From Erysipelotrichaceae bacterium (GTDB lineage: Bacteria; Bacillota_I; Bacilli_A; Erysipelotrichales; Coprobacillaceae): a stretch of 32,000 nt of DNA. Under the pieces are notes generated by a model, which saw only the letters and a list, made by a program, of their open reading frames with translations, was not told where the DNA came from and did no database searches. A program made the position numbers and the translations under genes. Shown here in pieces: positions 27,058-32,000 of the stretch. The number at the start of each line of letters is the position of its first letter. The stretch's first letter is position 1. The stretch is taken from contig JAQVDW010000001.1 of assembly GCA_028698185.1 (NCBI GenBank), positions 60,001 through 92,000 of the forward strand. The letters run 5' to 3'.

Positions 27058-27078
27058 ATTATTCCTCCTTTTGAGTTG

Positions 27079-27107
27079 ATTATAATATGGATAGTCTTTT
27101 AAGTCAA
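27079..27107 (-). promoter_or_regulatory. Consensus-like promoter for the GH1 gene
   Basis: Minus strand reads TTGACT-N17-TATAAT, about 20 nt upstream of the SD. Confidence 0.5.
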
Positions 27108-27156
27108 TAAGTACCATACTTTTAGATATAATATTTAATCCTTTGTTTTTACGTAT

Positions 27157-27183
27157 AAAAAAATAACTCGTTACCGAGTTATT
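27157..27183 (-). terminator. Intrinsic terminator after lepA (the stem includes the stop codon)
   Basis: Minus strand reads AATAACTCG-gtaa-CGAGTTATT followed by TTTTTATACG. Confidence 0.65.
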
Positions 27184-28993
27184 CATCAACAGATAGGATG
27201 GCCATGAAAGCTTCCTGGGGAATCTCAACTGATCCGACAGCTTTCATTCGTTTTTTACCCTCTTTTTGTTTCTCCAACAGCTTCTTCTTACGTGAAATGT
27301 CGCCGCCATAACATTTGGCCAATACGTTTTTGCGCATCGCCTTGATTGTGGTTCTGGCGATTATTTTACCCTGCAGGGCTGCTTGGACAGGAACTTCGAA
27401 CATTTGTCTTGGAATAAGCTCTTTGAGCTTTTCACAAATGACTTTTCCTTTGTTGTAGGCAAAATCCTTGTGGACGATAGTCGACAGGGCATCGACAACT
27501 TCGCCATTGAGCATTATGTCCATCTTTTGGAGTTTGCTTGTCCGGTAACCAATCATCTCATAATCAAATGAAGCGTAGCCTTTGGTTGAAGATTTAAGCT
27601 TGTCAAAAAAATCATAGACGATTTCTGAAAGTGGCAAATTATAGACAATGTTGCGTCGAGTGGCGTCTATATATTTGATGTCGACGTATTCGCCCCTCTT
27701 GTTTTGACAAAGTTCCATGATCGCTCCGACATACTCGTCCGGTGCCATGATAGATGCTTTAACATAAGGTTCCTGAATATGGTTGATTAGCTGGGGTGCC
27801 GGCATCAGTGATGGGTTGTCGACAACAATCATCGACCCATCGCTTTGATAGACGTGGTAGCTAACCGAAGGTGCGGTCGCAATCAATTCCAAATCGAATT
27901 CGCGTTCAAGCCGCTCCTGGATGACATCCATGTGGAGCAATCCTAAAAATCCGCAACGGAATCCAAAACCTAAAGCTTGGGAAGTTTCCGGTTCGAAAAT
28001 AAGTGATGAATCTGAAAGTTTCATCTTTTCCAACGCTTCACGCAAATCCTTGTATCTGGCATTGTCGATAGGATACAAACCGCAGAACACCATTGGATTC
28101 AATTGGCGATATCCTGGAAGTTGGACTTTGCTTTCATTTTCCAATGTGGTTATCGTATCCCCGACATGGACATCTTCGATGTTCTTGATAGAGGCGGAAA
28201 TCCAGCCGACTTCACCTGTAACCAATTCATCTTTCTTGACTTCTTTTGGAGTTCTCACTCCGACTTCGACAACCTCATATTCGGCGTTTGTTGCCATGAA
28301 TTTTATCGTGTCCCCGACTTTTATTTTGCCTTCGACAATCCGGACGAACACCATTACCCCGCGGTAGGCATCGTAAAACGAGTCGAAGATCAAGGCTTGA
28401 GTCGGATTGTCGATTGAGCCCTGCGGAGCAGGCACTTCATTGACAATCATCTCCAGAACATCTTCGACGTTGAGACCACTTTTTGCGGAAATCAATGGCG
28501 CGTGTTCAGCTGGAAGACCAATCACTTCCTCAATTTCCTGGATAACCCGCTCAGGGTCCGCGCTTGGCAAATCCACCTTGTTGATTACCGGCAAAATTTC
28601 CAAGTTGTTGTCTAGTGCCAGATATACATTGGCCAGCGTCTGTGCCTCCACTCCCTGAGCGGCATCAACAACCAGAATCGCCCCTTCACAAGCTGCCAGT
28701 GATCTTGACACCTCATATGTGAAGTCGACATGACCCGGAGTGTCGATAAGGTGGAAGATATATTCATTTCCATCTTTGGCCGTATATTTCAATTGAACGG
28801 CATTCAATTTTATTGTAATTCCTCGTTCTCTTTCTAAATCCATGCTATCTAAAAGCTGAGCTTTCATTTCCCGCTCGCTTACTGTTTTAGTTAACTGTAA
28901 AATCCGATCGGCTAAGGTACTTTTACCATGGTCGATATGCGCGATAATCGAGAAATTACGTATTTTACTTTGATCTAAAGTCAATTTGTTCAC
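27179..28993 (-). CDS. lepA: Translation elongation factor 4 (LepA)
   Basis: 604 aa with [20 protein letters not shown] (G1), [12 protein letters not shown], and the LepA-specific C-terminal domain. The start is uncertain: GTG 28993 (ORF track) or in-frame TTG 28984, which has better SD spacing. Confidence 0.95.
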   Translation of the reverse strand: MNKLTLDQSKIRNFSIIAHIDHGKSTLADRILQLTKTVSEREMKAQLLDSMDLERERGITIKLNAVQLKYTAKDGNEYIFHLIDTPGHVDFTYEVSRSLAACEGAILVVDAAQGVEAQTLANVYLALDNNLEILPVINKVDLPSADPERVIQEIEEVIGLPAEHAPLISAKSGLNVEDVLEMIVNEVPAPQGSIDNPTQALIFDSFYDAYRGVMVFVRIVEGKIKVGDTIKFMATNAEYEVVEVGVRTPKEVKKDELVTGEVGWISASIKNIEDVHVGDTITTLENESKVQLPGYRQLNPMVFCGLYPIDNARYKDLREALEKMKLSDSSLIFEPETSQALGFGFRCGFLGLLHMDVIQERLEREFDLELIATAPSVSYHVYQSDGSMIVVDNPSLMPAPQLINHIQEPYVKASIMAPDEYVGAIMELCQNKRGEYVDIKYIDATRRNIVYNLPLSEIVYDFFDKLKSSTKGYASFDYEMIGYRTSKLQKMDIMLNGEVVDALSTIVHKDFAYNKGKVICEKLKELIPRQMFEVPVQAALQGKIIARTTIKAMRKNVLAKCYGGDISRKKKLLEKQKEGKKRMKAVGSVEIPQEAFMAILSVDE

Positions 28994-29009
28994 CCACTTT
29001 CACATAGTG

Positions 29010-29038
29010 ATTATATCAAAAAGCGCAAGTGATGACAA
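29010..29038 (-). promoter_or_regulatory. Candidate lepA promoter
   Basis: Minus strand reads TTGTCA-N17-TATAAT, ending about 15 nt before the lepA start. Confidence 0.45.
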
Positions 29039-29054
29039 TTAATTATTTTGATTC

Positions 29055-29363
29055 TTATTCGCTCTTGAAATAGCGGTCCATAAAGGAAATTTTTTCGCAG
29101 ATTATATTCATCTGTGTTCCCGATTCGCAAGAAATCCGCCCCTTTATTCCCAGCTTGCTACCCTCCTTGCAAAGGGAATGGGCCATATATGCCGGCTCCG
29201 ACCATAAAACAACCGGGACACAAATATATCTGTCTTCCGGGCGCTCGAACGATGGATCGGTTTCAATTTTTAAAGTAATTATAGTTTCCTGGTTTCCCTT
29301 TGCAGTCGTTTTCATTTCATGAATTTTTTCGATTATTCCTACCAATGATACCTCGTTTAGCAT
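29055..29363 (-). CDS. Short SSB-like OB-fold protein lacking a C-terminal tail (paralog B)
   Basis: 102 aa: MLNEVSLVGIIEKI...VPVVLWSEPA...GIKGRIS...IICEKISFM. This follows the bacterial SSB OB-domain pattern (MLNrV.LvGrl ... W ... kG.l..v.GRl ... v.a..v.Fl) but stops right after the fold. SD AAGAGGAAG. Confidence 0.6.
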   Translation of the reverse strand: MLNEVSLVGIIEKIHEMKTTAKGNQETIITLKIETDPSFERPEDRYICVPVVLWSEPAYMAHSLCKEGSKLGIKGRISCESGTQMNIICEKISFMDRYFKSE

Positions 29364-29466
29364 TATCTTCCTCTTTTCTCAAATTTAGTAATACAGATAC
29401 ATATCTGACTATCGCAACTACGATAGAAGATATTCACATCAAAGTCACAATGTGATTTGGCGGTTT

Positions 29467-29772
29467 CTAGTGTGCTATATGGTTTTCGACAAATGATATC
29501 TTCTCACATACCAGCTTGAAATTGCAGATATCATCGACACCAAGACGGCCTTTGACGGCAATCATGGTGCCTATGGTACAATAGTCATTGAGCATGCTTG
29601 CATTTCCTTCGTTGATGACTACCGGAATATGGTCATAAATGGTTTGATGATCGGTGACGTACTTGCTCCGTTCGACCTTTATAATTACACGTGTTTCTTT
29701 AAGCCCCCTCTCATTAGTATAGCTTTTTGAAATATCGGATATCTTCCCGACGATTACAGCTGAGTTTAACAT
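29467..29772 (-). CDS. Short SSB-like OB-fold protein lacking a C-terminal tail (paralog A)
   Basis: 101 aa: MLNSAVIVGKISDI...IPVVINEGNA...AVKGRLG...LVCEKISFV. It aligns without gaps to the downstream paralog (30 identical positions over residues 1-94 by hand count). SD AAAGGAG. Confidence 0.6.
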   Translation of the reverse strand: MLNSAVIVGKISDISKSYTNERGLKETRVIIKVERSKYVTDHQTIYDHIPVVINEGNASMLNDYCTIGTMIAVKGRLGVDDICNFKLVCEKISFVENHIAH

Positions 29773-30115
29773 TTTCTTTCTCCTTTCTATTTAAAGTGTC
29801 CAGCCGGATGATTTTGCAAAATCCTATATATGTTTTCGGTTATTTGCAATAACATGTAGTTGATTCACCTCCCCTAAATCTCATCATACCTTGTATTTGT
29901 AGGCGCGTCAAATTCGCCAGAATGCAAAAAAAGTGATTTCAAGGGGGGTAATTTCCATATATGGAAGCGCTTCACAGTGTTTGTAACACTCAAATTACAC
30001 ATGATACTAAAATTGAAGCTTGATTGACTTAAAATCGCATATATGTCTTATATTTTTCAAATATTGAAAATCGTAAAATAAACTTACAGTTAAAAACTTA
30101 TGAATCGATTTTTCT

Positions 30116-30139
30116 GGCTCTTGATTAGTTTGTGTGGTA
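30116..30139 (+). repeat. IS left terminal inverted repeat
   Basis: GGCTCTTGATTAGTTTGTGTGGTA shares GGCT and the 13-nt core AGTTTGTGTGGTA with the reverse complement of the right end. Confidence 0.5.
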
Positions 30140-30249
30140 GCTAAAATGCTTCAAACCCTTATTATTACTCGGTTTTAGTATTGAAAAAGCATACATTTTT
30201 CTGTAAGATTTTTTTGCTAAAGAAAAATCTAAAATACAGAGGTAAATGT

Positions 30250-31538
30250 ATGCTTAATAAAAGAATAATCAAGAATCTACTCAATGTCAAGCACACAATA
30301 ATTGATGACGTGAAAATGACGGCCGATAACTCCCTCGTAGTACATGTTCACCCATCAAAGGGCCACCAATGTCGTTGTGGAATCTGCGGTAAGAAATCCA
30401 AGTTTTATGATAACGGTCGGGGACGCCGTCAGTGGCGCTCTTGCGATTTCAATAGCACCATGGTTTATCTCGAAGCCGATGCTCCACGGGTAAAATGCAA
30501 AGACCATGGCGTAGTGACTGCAAGTGTGCCTTGGGCAAGACATAAGTCCCGCTTCACCTATGATTTTGAACAGCTGGTTGCCTGGTTATCTTTGAATTGT
30601 TCAAAGAAAGCTGTTTCTCAGCTACTTCGTATTTCGTGGAACACCATTGGACCGATTATTATCCGGATCAAGGCATCACTTGATCCCAATCCAAACTCTC
30701 GATTCGATGGGCTTAAAAGAATCGGGATTGATGAAACCAGTTATCGCAAGGGCCATAAATATATGACTGTGGTAGTTAACCATGATACCGGTAAAGTTAT
30801 ATGGGTGGCTAAAGGTCACGGTAAATCAGTATTAACCAAGTTCTTTGAGTTGTTGATTAAGGAACAACGTAAAAGTATAGAACATGTCACCGCCGACGGT
30901 GCACGTTGGATTGCTCTTTGCGTCGAAGAGTACTGTCCTACAGCAGTCCGGTGCATTGACCCTTTTCACGTTGTGCAATGGGCAATGGATGCCGTTGATT
31001 AGTTCGGCGCGAGGCATGGCAAAAAGCCCGTAAACAAGCGAGAAATCAGGAAAAACGATCGCCTGGTCGGCCACGAAAAGATGCTCCGCCAAAGGATTAG
31101 GCAGCCTCAAAAATCAAGGGTTCCAGATACGCTCTAGGTAAAGCGCCTGAAAATCTGACAGATAACCAAAAAGCCAAGATAGAGATGATTGCCAAGTCCG
31201 ATAATCGTCTTTATCGATCATATCTACTCAAAGAAAAGATCCGACTAATATTTCAGATGGATGAAGTCGTAGGACGCGAGGAACTTGATGCATGGATCAA
31301 GTGGGCCCAACACTGTCGTATTCCTGAATTCGTGGAGCTTCAGCGTAAGATTCGACGCCATTACGATGCGATTATTGAAACCCTTAGAAGTGGGCTATCA
31401 AACGCAAGGATTGAAGCTGTAAACAACAAGATCAAGCTATCCATCCGGATGGCATATGGTTTTAGAAACATGGACAACATGATTGACATGATTATGCTTA
31501 GATGTTCTGATATTAAAATCCAATTACCTTGGCAGTGA
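30250..31538 (+). pseudogene. ISL3-family transposase, disrupted by one frameshift and one in-frame stop
   Basis: The N-terminal zinc-finger region (CRCGICGKK...CKDHG), the HTH and the DDE domain (IGIDETSYRKGHKYMTVVV...) read in frame 1 up to TAG 31000-31002. Homology continues in the next frame from 30999 (LVRREAWQKARKQARNQEKRSPGRPRKDAPPKD). It then hits in-frame TAG 31098-31100 and resumes as AASKIKGSRYALGKAPENLTDNQKAKIEMIAKSDNRLYRSY... up to 31538. The likely true start is ATG 30250. Confidence 0.8.
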
Positions 31539-31571
31539 TGTTGATGTCAATCGATACTTAGTTGGATTATT

Positions 31572-31593
31572 TACCACACAAACTGATGAAGCC
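31572..31593 (-). repeat. IS right terminal inverted repeat
   Basis: The reverse complement reads GGCTTCATCAGTTTGTGTGGTA. Confidence 0.5.
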
Positions 31594-31628
31594 TCATTTT
31601 TCATTTTTCTATAGAATATTGTTTTCAC

Positions 31629-31657
31629 AAAAAAAGCTATCCGTTTTGGATAGCTTT
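31629..31657 (-). terminator. Intrinsic terminator after acpS
   Basis: Minus strand reads AAAGCTATCC-aaaac-GGATAGCTTT followed by TTTTGTG. The stem abuts the stop codon. Confidence 0.65.
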
Positions 31658-31995
31658 CACTCGATATTTTCGACAACCACATATGTGATCGCCATCTGCT
31701 TCTCATGAGAAATGGAAACATGGGCATTGGGATAATTCAAAAAAGGTCTTCCGTTTTCATCATTGAGCAACGTCAGTGATTTGTACGTGTGCTCAAGATT
31801 GAGATGACTGGTCGCCTTGTAGAAAGATTCTTTGACTGAAAATCGGGTCCCCAGATACTGCCTTTTGATGTTTTTATTGGTGATTTTCCGGTATATTTCC
31901 AGTTCCGGTTCGGACAGGACTTTTACCGCCAACCGATCGTCATCGACATTGATCCTGGTAAGATCGACTATGTCGCAGCCAATTCCTACAATCAT
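31657..31995 (-). CDS. acpS: Holo-[acyl-carrier-protein] synthase
   Basis: 112 aa: MIVGIGCDIVDLTRI...FSVKESFYKA...VSISHEKQMAITYVVVE, the canonical AcpS pattern. Confidence 0.9.
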   Translation of the reverse strand: MIVGIGCDIVDLTRINVDDDRLAVKVLSEPELEIYRKITNKNIKRQYLGTRFSVKESFYKATSHLNLEHTYKSLTLLNDENGRPFLNYPNAHVSISHEKQMAITYVVVENIE

Positions 31996-32000
31996 CAGTT

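Larger units (their letters stand above)
30116..31593 (+). mobile_element. ISL3-family insertion sequence (about 1.48 kb) with an inactivated transposase
   Basis: The element is bounded by imperfect terminal inverted repeats starting GGCT (GGCTCTT is a typical ISL3 end). Its only coding content is an ISL3-type transposase. Confidence 0.75.

Noticed and set aside
27058-27228. N-terminal extensions in the ORF track: GH1 to 27228, tlyA to 2867, efp to 8682, rpmG to 23437, comGD to 10191, comGE to 9734, comGG to 9090, nusB to 7470, ispA to 5540, and the transposase from 30181.
   Set aside because: In each case an internal ATG with a good Shine-Dalgarno coincides with the start of family homology. 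The extension would also overlap the upstream gene or a terminator.
29787-29855. 22-codon upstream ORF (MLLQITENIYRILQNHPAGHFK), preceded by GGGGAGG and ending 15 nt before the SSB-like gene start, considered as a leader peptide.
   Set aside because: The SD-ATG spacing is long (about 12 nt). The ORF would contain the best candidate promoter for the downstream gene, and the sequence is not distinctive. It cannot be supported without expression data.
29953-30095. Palindromes in the spacer considered as a chromosome dimer-resolution (dif or difSL-like) site.
   Set aside because: I could not align them to the Firmicute dif consensus (...TATATTATGTAAACT) or the streptococcal XerS site from memory. 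No xer gene is adjacent.
31098-31100. In-frame TAG inside the ISL3 transposase, considered as stop-codon recoding or a programmed event. The nearby frame change was considered as programmed frameshifting.
   Set aside because: ISL3 transposases are normally single uninterrupted ORFs. The frame change is explained by the loss of one T in a T-run without a slippery heptamer or structure. The two lesions together fit decay.

Overview
This is a low-GC Bacillota-type chromosomal segment, transcribed almost entirely on the minus strand. Only a peroxiredoxin gene and a decayed ISL3 transposase lie on the plus strand.

Gene order in plus coordinates:
- dinB (5' part, open at the window edge and therefore missing from the ORF track), recN, tlyA, dxs, ispA, xseB, xseA, nusB
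- an Asp23-family gene, efp, and a complete seven-gene comG competence pseudopilus operon
- pmbA, tldD
- a glycyl-radical-enzyme (GRE) activase, the GRE, and a DeoR regulator
- a divergent intergenic region, then peroxiredoxin (+) convergent with katG
- an MBL-fold hydrolase, rpmG, a class B PBP, a GH1 6-phospho-beta-glucosidase, lepA
- two tandem SSB-like OB-fold genes, a 343-bp palindrome-rich spacer, an ISL3 element with a broken transposase, and acpS

The backbone resembles the Bacillus subtilis comG / efp / yqhY-nusB-xseAB-ispA-dxs-yqxC-recN and yqgX-rpmGA-pbpA neighbourhoods as I recall them. tldD/pmbA, the DeoR-GRE-activase cassette, peroxiredoxin and a GC-richer katG look like accessory inserts.

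Most transcription units end in clear hairpin plus T-tract terminators, and several near-consensus sigma-A-type promoters are readable. I found no rRNA, tRNA or CRISPR array.

I do not see a convincing new multi-gene defence-type system. The observations most worth following up are:
- an EF-P with Arg instead of Lys at the loop tip (KTARAAA)
- a tandem pair of tail-less, divergent SSB-like proteins with heavily palindromic flanks
- a self-contained DeoR-GRE-activase cassette of unknown substrate
- an exact 13-nt motif shared by the peroxiredoxin and katG upstream regions
- a 14-nt inverted duplication of the -10 region in the deoR/prx divergent promoters
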